Shown here: positions 22,095 to 32,933 of the stretch, one piece after another
Numbering within the stretch: position 1 is the stretch's first letter
Layout: every line of letters begins with the position of its first letter
Source of the DNA: Wickerhamiella versatilis
Taxonomy: Eukaryota
Length of the DNA stretch: 64,000 nucleotides
Assembly (NCBI GenBank): GCA_030867685.1
Contig: JAQOWU010000001.1
Coordinates: forward strand, 992,001-1,056,000
Direction: 5' to 3'
Notes under the pieces: generated by a model
Databases searched by the model: none
What the model was told of the DNA's origin: nothing
The model's input: only the letters and a program-made list of their open reading frames with translations
Program-made: the position numbers and the translations under genes

Positions 22095-23969
22095 ATGGCT
22101 AAGGCGAAGCCCAGGCCTCAGGCTTGCAGTTCATGCCGCTTAAGAAAATCCAAATGCGACATGGTTGAAACATTTCCATGCACAAACTGTCGACGAGCCT
22201 CGGTTCAGTGCACCAAGCCTTTAGTGGATAAGAGAACTATCCGGATAAGCTCAGATAGATCGAAACTACTGGAAGAAAAAGCGAATTCCTTAGAGCGCGA
22301 AAAATTGGATCTCATTACCTCTCAAGGAAATATATTGCAGCTCGCAAATAAAATTCAAAATTTTTCCCAGCAGATTAAGTTGGCTCTTGGAGATCGGCAT
22401 CTGCCAGACCCGCTGAAAAAACTACCAGAAGATTTTGAGCGTGAACTATCTCTTACTGGTAGCGAAATTGCTAGAAGTGAATCACTCTCTGTCTATGGTC
22501 CTAGCAGCTTATTCGATAATGAGCATGTCGAGGGCGCATCACAAGATGTGGTGGCTTTCAGATCCCGCAACCATGACCCTATAATTCTAAAATGCATCAA
22601 ATTATTTTTCATATGGCTATATCCAGACGTTCATCATTTCTTATATCGAGAAGCTTTTCTATTGGAATTTTTCCATCCGAAGCCCAATCTATACTATTGC
22701 TCAGAGGAACTCATTCTCGCAATATGTGCAATGGGATCCCGTATATCTAGAGACGATACCATATCTGCCATGTCGTTTGATTTCTACAATAGGTCAAGAA
22801 CAATCTGCTTGTCTAAAATTGACAAGCCATCCCTACCATTGCTCCAAAGTTTTTTGCTTCTGGGACTCTATGATATATATAACTGTCGGAATAATTCCGG
22901 ATGGATGCTGACGGGAATGGGATTACGTGTAGGTTCCACCATTGGATTTCATTTAGATCCACAAAACTGGTTCCTGCAATCGAACGAATGCGATGTTGGT
23001 ATCAGAAGTAGGATATTCTGGGGAGCTTATTTGGTCGATCATTTGACAGGTTTATTTTTGGGGCGTACACCAGTGCTTAAAATTCAAGAAGTATCCATAA
23101 TGGAGACAGCCAATCTTCCTGATATAACCTGGATTGATGCATTTACGTACCGTCGCCCTAATGAAAACCCCAAAACTTTAGAGATATCAGACCCCCTTAA
23201 GGCGTGTGTTCAGCTGATGAATATCGCGGAAAATATGCTGCAGGATGTTTTCAATGACCCCAAAAATTTGATGGCCAAATTCGATTTAGTCGCATTATAC
23301 AATCATGAGATTGTTGGGTGGCGAAATGATCTCCCAACCCATGCGCAATGGAACATCGAGACCCTTAGAATCGATGGCGATGACCCTTCGAGAATCACGA
23401 CTTGGCTATTATACTACATGATAATCCTTTGCCTGAACCGCCCTTTTATTTCGCACTCCCGGGCTGAGCAGGACGGGGGAGCCTCTAAGAGTTTTTCTCA
23501 GATTTGTGATACTGCAGTGGGCGAATTCTACGTGATTAATTGGGCTATTTTGAAAACGCATGGACAGCTCCGCTGCTCTTTTCTCGTTATTTATCTTTGC
23601 ATCTTATCAGCGACGGCTATTTTGGCATCCCACGAAAATATTATTTATCAGGAAGAGGCGCAGAGCGAATTAAAAGCTCAGTTCCTCACGTTCATCTATA
23701 CACTTAAGTCCTGCTCAAATATTTGGGAACTAAGTGGGAAGGCTTACAAGCTCATACAGGAAAAAGTCTACGATCGTTTGAAAGTTGATGTAGATCTTGA
23801 AATTCAAAAATCTGCCAAATTGAAAAACCTCAGTAATGAATTCTCGTGTGATTTTGATCGGTCTCGAATTGCTCGACAGCAAACTCGCGAGAAACACAGC
23901 AACCCATCTGTATCAGATGATTTCCTAGGCTGGGAGAATCTTTTTCAGGACATTAATTTCAACTTTTAG
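22095..23969 (+). CDS. Zn(II)2Cys6 transcription factor
   Basis: ACSSCRLRKSKCD...PCTNC...C zinc cluster and a fungal TF middle-homology region (RSRIFWGAYLVD). Confidence 0.93.
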   Translation: MAKAKPRPQACSSCRLRKSKCDMVETFPCTNCRRASVQCTKPLVDKRTIRISSDRSKLLEEKANSLEREKLDLITSQGNILQLANKIQNFSQQIKLALGDRHLPDPLKKLPEDFERELSLTGSEIARSESLSVYGPSSLFDNEHVEGASQDVVAFRSRNHDPIILKCIKLFFIWLYPDVHHFLYREAFLLEFFHPKPNLYYCSEELILAICAMGSRISRDDTISAMSFDFYNRSRTICLSKIDKPSLPLLQSFLLLGLYDIYNCRNNSGWMLTGMGLRVGSTIGFHLDPQNWFLQSNECDVGIRSRIFWGAYLVDHLTGLFLGRTPVLKIQEVSIMETANLPDITWIDAFTYRRPNENPKTLEISDPLKACVQLMNIAENMLQDVFNDPKNLMAKFDLVALYNHEIVGWRNDLPTHAQWNIETLRIDGDDPSRITTWLLYYMIILCLNRPFISHSRAEQDGGASKSFSQICDTAVGEFYVINWAILKTHGQLRCSFLVIYLCILSATAILASHENIIYQEEAQSELKAQFLTFIYTLKSCSNIWELSGKAYKLIQEKVYDRLKVDVDLEIQKSAKLKNLSNEFSCDFDRSRIARQQTREKHSNPSVSDDFLGWENLFQDINFNF

Positions 23970-24236
23970 TTCGATTATTTATTTATAGTGTTTGACACAA
24001 TGACTGATAAGGTGGTCTTGCAAAATTATATATTTTCGGGATTAGTTAAAAACTTAGCAGGAAGAGGAATGGGTCCTGCCTTACTTATAATTAGCACCCG
24101 AGATACTTATCATGTTTCATAAAGACTGTTAGCATATCTTTATGGAATACCGGTGGCAATTCACAAACTAAAGACTATTAAACCGATAGTAGGACTATTT
24201 TTATACTTAGCAGGTGGCATATCGCGAAACCTTCTT

Positions 24237-25556
24237 TTAATTAGCCATAAACCCCTCCTGTGCAGCAACTGCGAATGCCTGGTCAAGTATTCTAATGGCA
24301 TCGTTAATTTCGTCTTGGGAGACAGTTATAGGTGGTGCTAAGCGAAATACACCCCCCATACCGGGAAGACTTACTACATTACAAGACAACCCCTTCTCCA
24401 GCGCTATTGCACTGACCCGTGCTCCGATATGAGCACCTGGTGACTTGGTTTCACGGTTACTCACGATTTCTATGCCTTGCAATAACCCGCGTCCTCGAAT
24501 GTCGCCTACCTGTGGCCAGCGCGATTTAAGCCACTCTAGACCAATGCGCAATTGGTCACCCCGCTCAGCGGCATTACGAACCAACTGGTAGTCGTTGCGC
24601 TTCACAATTTCAAGAGCTTTCACACCAACGGCTGCAGTCAGCGGATCGTTAAGATGTGTAGTAAGCCATAGAAAGCCCGCTTCCCGAAGTTTACTCTCAA
24701 TATCATCGCTAGTTGTGACAGATGCCAATGGCAGCCCGCAGCCCAGGGTCTTAGATAGGCACAGGATATCCGGAACCACGTTCTCATACTCAAAAGCAAA
24801 AAGTTGGCCGGTCCTTCCTACCCCTGTTTGAGCCTCATCAAGTATTAATAGCATTTTGCGTTTGTCACATTCCGCACGCATTTTTTCTAAATACCCTTTT
24901 GGCAGGTCCAGAATCCCACCAGTAGACAATATTGGCTCCAAAATAAATGCCGCTAATGATCCTGTACTCTGAGCATCTACCAAACTCCACCCGAAGTCAA
25001 CCTCTTTTTCCCAATCCCATTCACCTTGATCGTTGCGGAAAGGCGATCTGTAGCGATTCGGAGTGGGGAAAGTAATTTGTCCCGGCATTACAGGACCTCC
25101 ACCTTTTCTACCCGCAGAGTACGTGGCAGCAGCTGCCGCACCTGTAAGACCATGATAACTTGCCGAAAAAGCGACAATCTCGTACTTTCCGGTAACCATT
25201 TTTGCCATTTTCAATGCTGCCTCAGTAGATTCCGATCCTGTATTTAGAAAGAAACTTCGTGACAGCGGTTGTGGGAGAACTTCGGCCAAGGATTTAGCCA
25301 GTTCCACCACCGGCTCGGTTACCATGTTGCTTAACAGGTGATCAAGTTTTCCAACTTGACTTGAAACAACACCCACAATCTCAGGGTGCGAATGACCCAG
25401 TAATGAGCTCATTTGTCCTGAGGTGAAGTCGAGAATTGTCTTACCATTGGAAGTGAAAAGCTTCGTTCCCTGCGCTGCCACTACTAACACTGGGCAGTAA
25501 GGAACCCCGGTATAACATAAATACTCTTTAGCCTCGGCGAAGAATGAATCATCCAT
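24237..25556 (-). CDS. Class III PLP aminotransferase, 2,2-dialkylglycine decarboxylase (DgdA)-like
   Basis: LDFTSGQMSSLLGH, EPILSTGG, LDEAQTGVGRTG and PDILCLSKTLG (PLP lysine). The GQMS and EPILSxGG motifs are typical of DgdA. Confidence 0.88.
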   Translation of the reverse strand: MDDSFFAEAKEYLCYTGVPYCPVLVVAAQGTKLFTSNGKTILDFTSGQMSSLLGHSHPEIVGVVSSQVGKLDHLLSNMVTEPVVELAKSLAEVLPQPLSRSFFLNTGSESTEAALKMAKMVTGKYEIVAFSASYHGLTGAAAAATYSAGRKGGGPVMPGQITFPTPNRYRSPFRNDQGEWDWEKEVDFGWSLVDAQSTGSLAAFILEPILSTGGILDLPKGYLEKMRAECDKRKMLLILDEAQTGVGRTGQLFAFEYENVVPDILCLSKTLGCGLPLASVTTSDDIESKLREAGFLWLTTHLNDPLTAAVGVKALEIVKRNDYQLVRNAAERGDQLRIGLEWLKSRWPQVGDIRGRGLLQGIEIVSNRETKSPGAHIGARVSAIALEKGLSCNVVSLPGMGGVFRLAPPITVSQDEINDAIRILDQAFAVAAQEGFMAN

Positions 25557-25620
25557 GATCCTTGACTAATAAAAGTTCCTTGTTAGTCGGCGTATTTATC
25601 CTTGTTATTCTTATCTCTTG

Positions 25621-25644
25621 TGATCGGACTTACACGTCCGATCA
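25621..25644. promoter_or_regulatory. Perfect inverted repeat containing CGG-N10-CCG (candidate Zn2Cys6 site)
   Basis: TGATCGGAC-TTACAC-GTCCGATCA, about 65 bp upstream of the dgdA-like ATG, next to a CTTATC (GATAAG) element. Confidence 0.6.
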
Positions 25645-26835
25645 GTGACTAAGGTAAATCTTCTCATTTCCCTCCCTTTTGACTTACTAGAAAATAATTC
25701 GATTCAAAACTTTGTATTATAAGAAATCTCAATGCTTCTTGTGGTAGTAACCTGGTAAGCAAGTCCAGTCACGTATTTCTCTTTTGATTTTCAGCACTGC
25801 ACCATAGCCATACCAATGAAAGAAAAGGAAATAATGCGATCATGAGAACTATGTAACAGTTTTTAATGTGCTATGGAATATCCTTCAAGGAAGATAATTT
25901 TAACGTCAGACATACCACAGTGATATGTGATGATTATCGAGAAATGGAGATGTACCTCCCCAAGCGGATTTAGTAATATCCGAGACTATTTTCCAGATAT
26001 ATAGCTCTCTTAATAGTTTTAAGAGAGGATAAAAGTATTAAAATTCCTATGGAATCGAATAGATGATAATTCATGTGCAATATTGTGATGTTGTGGCGGA
26101 TTTTGGAGTCATCGACTAGCTGTCCATGAATCCATACTCTACACCATGGTCTGGGATCTAGCAATAGAGAAACTCGTATATCTTGAGAACCGGTTGAATA
26201 GGAAGAGTTTAAAGTCCTGGCAAAGTGTAGGAATCCGCAGCTCTCATGTATATGGGGGGCTCTTCATCATGCGTCAATGATTGATTATTATCCAAGAATG
26301 GATGAATTATTTATCCTTTATGCAAGCTCAGGACATGCTCTTACGTATTTCGTGCTGTGGCCGTAGATATAGCAAGAGAAATCCTAAGCATTAACCTAAG
26401 CCCTTTCTGCATTCAGACTCGCTATAGCATTAGTATGTATGCCATACCAAACACCTGCTGTTTGAGACAGGATAGCTGGATAGATCAGGCAATAATGTTG
26501 AGTGCAGTCTTTTTGTATTTTCTCCCTTTTATTTTACGTATTTTAATCTCAAATTGGTGAATGGAGCAAAACGGAGATGGAGTCTTGTTACTAATCAACG
26601 TGGCGTTTTTTCAGCCTTAAATATTATTGAATATATCTAGTATTTTTAGAGGCAATTGCAGCAGTAAGTATAGCAAGGGATTGTCATATAATATGTCTGA
26701 TCGATACTCATGACATTTGTGGAGAATTGAATTGCTCGAGCATCAACTACCTACATGCAAGCCGGAATAGCAATTAGGGTACCCTAACCTATCGTAACTT
26801 AACAATATAACCATTGTTGAGCACATACAGCAGCC

Positions 26836-27861
26836 ATGGTAGAATTGGATTGCCTAGATATCCCCTTTGGTCTTGATCTAAAGCTACATGAGAGGCCATT
26901 TTGGACTGTTGGCGACAATGTGCGTGGGAAGCTGACGCTTAGCTGCACAAAGGACATTAGGTTAAGCGAGCTTGCTCTATTCCTGGAATGCAGAGTCAAT
27001 ATTACAGCAGACCAGCAACGTAAGTTATTGAAGTTAAGGAAAAAGAAGTTACGGGAACGTGGTGTGATTTTTTCCCGTCGCCTTATTCTATTTCCCACGC
27101 CAGAAGTTTCAAATGAAGAGCACAAGCTGGTGAGGGGTAAACATTGCTTCTCAATTTCAATTGAGCTCAACGATATAGGGGGTTATCCACCATCAGTTGG
27201 CAACAGTGAGTGTGGAGTGGTTTGGGAGCTCCGTGTTAGAAGAAAGTGCCATAAGAATCATCATCCTTTGACTGTTTTGGAACGTCCTCTTAAGATATAC
27301 CCCCCACTGAAAAGGGTCGATTCAATGTTCAGTGACAGTACTATTCGTTTGAACGATACTTTTGCACCAGTTATTGATACTGCCAAAGCTAGACAAATTC
27401 GAATGACAACCGAGAAGGAATTCGATATCAGTGGATCACTTTCGAGAACCCATAGTATGCTTTATGATACTCCAGTAGTTAGTAAAGTTAAGGTGACGAT
27501 GAATGCCAGCTTTACTGACATCCTTACGAAGCCCCCACGTATCGAACTCTACTTCTCCGAGCCTGGTCTTGTTCAAGTAACCATCGCCAAGATATGTTTG
27601 GAGACCATTGGTACTTTACAATCTCGTCACGGCAAAGTATTGCACAATTTACCGAACCAGCCGCTAGTTTCTTTCGATCCAATAAGCGTGGATGAAACAA
27701 TAGAGTTGCTGCCTCAAGGATATCTCAAAAAGGTCACACCGACATTCGCTGGTCAAGGCATGAAGATTCAACACTACTTAGTTGTGGAATGCTGGGGTTT
27801 TGTGAAGGGAACTAAAAAGCACCATCGGTTTGGTATTCGATATCCCGTAGTTGTCGGATAA
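26836..27861 (+). CDS. Arrestin-fold (alpha-arrestin-like) protein
   Basis: GDNVRGKLTL, LVRGKHCFSISIEL, YPPS, VVWELRV and TPTF...IQHYLVV follow the arrestin N/C pattern. Confidence 0.65.
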   Translation: MVELDCLDIPFGLDLKLHERPFWTVGDNVRGKLTLSCTKDIRLSELALFLECRVNITADQQRKLLKLRKKKLRERGVIFSRRLILFPTPEVSNEEHKLVRGKHCFSISIELNDIGGYPPSVGNSECGVVWELRVRRKCHKNHHPLTVLERPLKIYPPLKRVDSMFSDSTIRLNDTFAPVIDTAKARQIRMTTEKEFDISGSLSRTHSMLYDTPVVSKVKVTMNASFTDILTKPPRIELYFSEPGLVQVTIAKICLETIGTLQSRHGKVLHNLPNQPLVSFDPISVDETIELLPQGYLKKVTPTFAGQGMKIQHYLVVECWGFVKGTKKHHRFGIRYPVVVG

Positions 27862-28605
27862 GTTCAGCTTCTGGTTTACGAGTTATACCCTTGATTTTTT
27901 TATTATTACACAGACCACGATCTATAGCCGGTTACTACTAGGTTTTTTGCTGTGTCATTTTTGCATGAGTTTTTGTCACGCGTCATTCTCTCAACTACAT
28001 ACATTATTCATATAAATAAACTGTATTTATCTTGCAAAAGTAGGGCCTAGACAGGCAAGTCTACTACAGTGGATATTTGTACTTCAATTAGTTCATCCTG
28101 TGTCTCTTTTGTATTTTTTTAAGTTTTAGCGTTGTTATGCAGTGTTTTTAAAAAGATAATTTAAGCATATTCGCCTTCATAACTTTCGAGCCCGCTGTAG
28201 ACGGCGACGTTTACTCCCTCGTCGCATTTCTCACGGGGGTAAGGTAGAGCGGAAGAGGAAGGAATTTCGCAATACAATGCGTACACGGTCTATCTCGCCG
28301 TATTCGAAAAGGTTTAACACTAATCACGTCTAACTAGGAGGAACTTTTCTCTAGCTTACACTACATAATTTCCAGTGATAAAAATCTAATTTTGATGCCA
28401 TTAATTGAGCCGCTATCTTTATCTAGCAGTGGGAAGTTCGGGATGCACGTAATCCCCTGTATCGATAAGATATTTGTCAGAGCGATATTGTCAGGGTAAG
28501 GTCTTTTTCACCGGGGAACACGATCCCGGAGACCGTGCTAGGGGCTTATACAACACTACTTATAAACGATAGTTTCGCTCGACTTTTTCAAACCCTGATC
28601 GAAGA

Positions 28606-29484
28606 ATGTCATCATTTTTGCTTGAATCGACAGGTATAGCTTGCAGTATTTTCGCTGCTCTTTTTGCATTATGTGTCGGACTAATGTGCTATATCATGGT
28701 ACGTAAGGGATGGAAGTCATTCAAATCGACATATGGAGTGCTGGGATTTTTCTCAGTAATCCGATTAGCATCGCAAGTAGTTGGAATTGCCTATGCCAAG
28801 TTAGGCTCTGACAATGAACACCCTCTACTTGTGCCATATCTCGTCCTGGGTATAGTGGGCTTCATTTCATTGCTTGTAACTGCCATGGAATATACTGTCA
28901 AAGGCCAGAAACAGGTTTTCGATCGCTCCTGGATTAGCCATGATTATCTTCTTGGAGGTCGTAAACTCCGCTTGCCCGTAATTGGCTTCTTTGTAAAGGC
29001 TTTTCAGAGTATCCAGGGTGCTTACAACCTTGTTGTCACGGTAAGTATTGCACTTGCTATTGCTGGTACTTCAATGATTGATTTTGCGGACCCATCACAA
29101 TCCAGCCCCACCGCACATGCGCTAAGATCAGCTGGCTTAATCATACAGCTGGTAACAACAATTGTGCTGGTCAGTCTAAATTTATATGTTATCCTCCAAG
29201 ATGGGGTACGAACTCATCATACTATGACGGTATTGGGCTCTTCACCATTCTTCCTTATTCGCGGCATATATGGAGTTTTGGCTAACTACATAACCAAAAT
29301 GAACTTTTTGGCGGTCGCTAACTATACTAACGCTGTGGCAAGAAGAAACTTGACAATATACCAGTATGTTCTTGAAAACACAATGGAATTAATTATATTC
29401 GTTTTTCTTGCCTCCAATTATTTCTTTGAAGACAGTGATTCTCAGCTAAGGAAAGATGAGGAAAAAGAAATATGTTCAAAATAG
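28606..29484 (+). CDS. Fungal ~7-TM integral membrane protein (RTA1-like/unknown)
   Basis: About 7 hydrophobic helices, with FSVIRLA and PFFLIRGIYG motifs. Confidence 0.75.
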   Translation: MSSFLLESTGIACSIFAALFALCVGLMCYIMVRKGWKSFKSTYGVLGFFSVIRLASQVVGIAYAKLGSDNEHPLLVPYLVLGIVGFISLLVTAMEYTVKGQKQVFDRSWISHDYLLGGRKLRLPVIGFFVKAFQSIQGAYNLVVTVSIALAIAGTSMIDFADPSQSSPTAHALRSAGLIIQLVTTIVLVSLNLYVILQDGVRTHHTMTVLGSSPFFLIRGIYGVLANYITKMNFLAVANYTNAVARRNLTIYQYVLENTMELIIFVFLASNYFFEDSDSQLRKDEEKEICSK

Positions 29485-29744
29485 AGAATTCGTTATCCTC
29501 GATTCAAGCCAATGTAGTATAATGTATCCAGAATCCTGAAAACTTAAGTTGATTCGCATTTATAGTAGGTTCGAAAATATAATGCACTCATTTTCTCGGC
29601 ATTTCGAAAGTAATTCTGTTTAATTACAATAACATATATAATTTGCAACCGAATATCTTACATAGAAAACGCTACTTTTTTGTTTTTTTTTGCAGCGAGA
29701 TCAAAGGGTATTTCACTGTAGATAAAGAGGAACAGCCAAACCTC

Positions 29745-30722
29745 CTAACCAGGAATTCCCGTACCTCCCACGATACCGATCACTTGTCCTGTATAATAGC
29801 TACTTTCAGTTGTTGCTAGCAGGACATATGCGCTGGCAATCTCTGCTGGTTGCCCTGGTCTACCGAGGGGTGTTTCCGTACCGAATGATTTTAGACCGGC
29901 TTCGTTCTGGCCTCCAGTCACTTCCAGTGCAGTCCAGAACGGGCCTGGAGCTACTGCGTTGACTCTAATGCCCTTAGAAACAAGCTGCTTTGCAAGTCCC
30001 TTTGTCCATGCAGCAATCCCTCCTTTTGTAGTAGCGTAGTCAAGAAGACCGGGTGACGGATCATAAGACTGAGTAGAGGCAGTATTTACGATTGAGCTTC
30101 CTGGAGGCATATGTGGAATAGCTGCTTTGGTTAGCCAAAATAGCGCGAATAGATTTGTATGAAGGGTCCACTCAAACTGCTCAGTGGTTATGTTAAGCAC
30201 GCTATCATGGAACTGCTGCCTGCCTGCGCAGTTTACAAGTCCATCAAGGCCACCCAATTCACTTACAGCTGTTGATATCAATTCATTACAGAATGATTCA
30301 TTCCGGAGATCACCAGGATAACCGAATCCTCTCTGCCCCGCATCCTTAATCAGAGATAGCACTTCTTGGGCATCCTCCTCCTCCTGAGGAAGGTAATTGA
30401 TCACAATATCAGCTCCTTCTCTAGCAAATGCAATTGCCGTAGCACGTCCAATACCAGAATCTCCACCTGTAATGACAACTTTTCTCCCAGCCATTTTGCC
30501 GGTGCCTTGATAAGTTCCTTCACCGTGATCTGGTCGAGGATTCATACGACTCGTCAATCCAGGCCATTCTTGTGGCTGCCAATCGAAGGGAGGTAAGTAA
30601 TAGAACTTTGTGGGGTCTGCTGGGTCCGGAGCATCAGTGACATTGTAAAGATTCGTATCACAGAGAACCTTCGAGAAGAATAGGAAAGAATACAATGTCA
30701 GTAGGTATATATTTCCCATCAT
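29745..30722 (-). CDS. YghA-like bacterial SDR oxidoreductase carrying an N-terminal signal peptide
   Basis: QEWPGL..MNPRPDHGEGTYQGTGKM, TGGDSGIGRA, YATTK, VNAVAPGPFWT and GRPGQPAE. First ATG at 30722 is followed by a hydrophobic stretch. Confidence 0.9.
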   Translation of the reverse strand: MMGNIYLLTLYSFLFFSKVLCDTNLYNVTDAPDPADPTKFYYLPPFDWQPQEWPGLTSRMNPRPDHGEGTYQGTGKMAGRKVVITGGDSGIGRATAIAFAREGADIVINYLPQEEEDAQEVLSLIKDAGQRGFGYPGDLRNESFCNELISTAVSELGGLDGLVNCAGRQQFHDSVLNITTEQFEWTLHTNLFALFWLTKAAIPHMPPGSSIVNTASTQSYDPSPGLLDYATTKGGIAAWTKGLAKQLVSKGIRVNAVAPGPFWTALEVTGGQNEAGLKSFGTETPLGRPGQPAEIASAYVLLATTESSYYTGQVIGIVGGTGIPG

Positions 30723-32933
30723 ATTTAGTTGCTTTAGCAATTGCTGCTCTTTGGCCGATATTTAATACTTAGCCATAGTGCCCTAGCCTTTCCCCAAACC
30801 CGTCTCACACTGACCCCAGTAGTTTGCTAATCTTGAATATTCGTTATGAGTACTTTCGTCCAGAGATGAAAACAGTTGGCACATTTGTTACCCCCTACTC
30901 ATCCTTCATTCCGCCTAAAAGCCTCAGATAGTCATAATTTATCCGAAATACCACTAACTTCATAATGACGTAAGGCTGTTAGCAATCTTGATTCATGTTT
31001 CCTAAATTGTAGAGATTCAGATGCCCCAAACTGATTCGTGCTGATGCAAGAGGCTCTTTTCTTTATTTATTCAATTTGGGACGCTTCTGAGGATTATAGT
31101 AGGGTGGATCTTTTGATAGAATGGATGAAACACCGGTTTGCGAAGATCTGTTAGTAAAACTACCTTAAAAGGAGCATCACATGACATAGGCGCAGTGTAT
31201 TAGTCAGGCAATAACGGTCTCAGCGTACGAAAATCATATAGTTTAATGTAAGAAAAGGTCTATTTCTGGCCAATTGGATCAAATTATACATGTCATAAAC
31301 AATGGTAAACGTATTACAAGTTTATTTCCATTTCTATAGGAATATTTCAGGCTTTTTTCTGAGAAAATCCGTGACTAAAATCACATGAAAATCACACTCA
31401 CCACGCAATTATTTAATGTTTGCTATTCCATGTTCACTATGCTTCTTAACCTAGATTATGGCAAAATAATTCGTGGATTGCCTCGATTTCGGTTCTTATA
31501 GTACTTTTAAAGTGGTTAACAGTATTTTTCGTAGATGACTTACTTACAAAGTTCGTCTCCACCTTCATCATCATAAAGTGCGCATACATATATATGTAAA
31601 ATCTTCTTATTTATAGACGAAGTAAGTATTCACCCCTGGAAAGAGCTCTAAAATGTAATAGTGGCTAATTGGACTATGATAATTCAGAGAATTTTCAAAT
31701 ATTTTTCTCCATCGAGAGCGAGAACTCCAGTTAACATTCCAGAGAGCAAGGACAAATTGCCAACGAGTATTCAGTGATGGCCCGCTCTATACTTTAAGAA
31801 TAATATTGCCTTGACTTGAACATGTCTCACTTTTATCCCAAAAGTATTTTAATTTGATCAAAGCTCCATATACAGAGGCTAAAGTTAGTCTTTATAATGC
31901 CGACTACTCAACAGTGGAAAAGGGCATAGCAATGAATAGAATGCTCCGAAAAACACACTCTATATCATTTACTACTGCTATTGTTTATGCTTCGTGAATA
32001 CTAGAAACAGATATTGCAATGTGGTCATGTTTTGAGGAAAGAAAGATCAGTTGTTCATATATGCTCAAAATGGCATGATTTCTTAGCTTGATAAATGAAT
32101 ATATATTTAGGCTTAATATCATAGTACAACACTGCAAATCTCCCCCTATATATTTTCAATATACACAATAGCAATATATGATTCATCAGCAGATGCTATT
32201 TAGATAAGCTAAGACATGTGAGCGAAAGAGACCTGGCGTCGGGTTGCCGTCTTGAAGGGCTCATAGGTCTGCTCTTATATCAGTCAGCTCGATATGATGT
32301 TTTTTGTATTCATTGATACCCTTGAGTTCCCTTTTCAGCAGCAAATTGGCCATTAATGTTTCAAAATGGGCTGGTTTGCACCACATGGTACTAAGGGCAG
32401 GGCGCATTTAAGCTATCTATCCACTAATCACATGTCTTACCGCAAACGTGCCATATTCTAATTTGAATATCATATTATGATATTTGTAGTATTGAACTTA
32501 TTGAAACAAAGCTAGTAAGGGTATATAGTGATGATCTCATCGCACAATGCCCAAGACCTTTATTTTTGATCGAACAGTCTACATGGGTTATAATCAGTTA
32601 CTTCGGCAAGGCTGCCAGGAGATGCAGATGTTCAAATTCGAGCTCATTCTCTATGTCTAAATTGTACTTATGGTGCGTTAGATTCGAGGAACTTGAGTAT
32701 TTCAGTCACAGATATGTTGTATTATGTTCTTGTAAGATACCATGAGGCCATTTTTAGTTAGTTCCCGAAATTACCACGCACACGATAGATATCCACGACA
32801 CTCTTGCTGAAACCCTAAACACCAGTATAATTTCAGAACTAAGGCTTATAATTTGCTGTATTTCTATAGTTGATGGTCTCAAACCGTCTTCTATATAATT
32901 CTATAAGCAAGCAGCAAATGATAAGTCGCAGTC

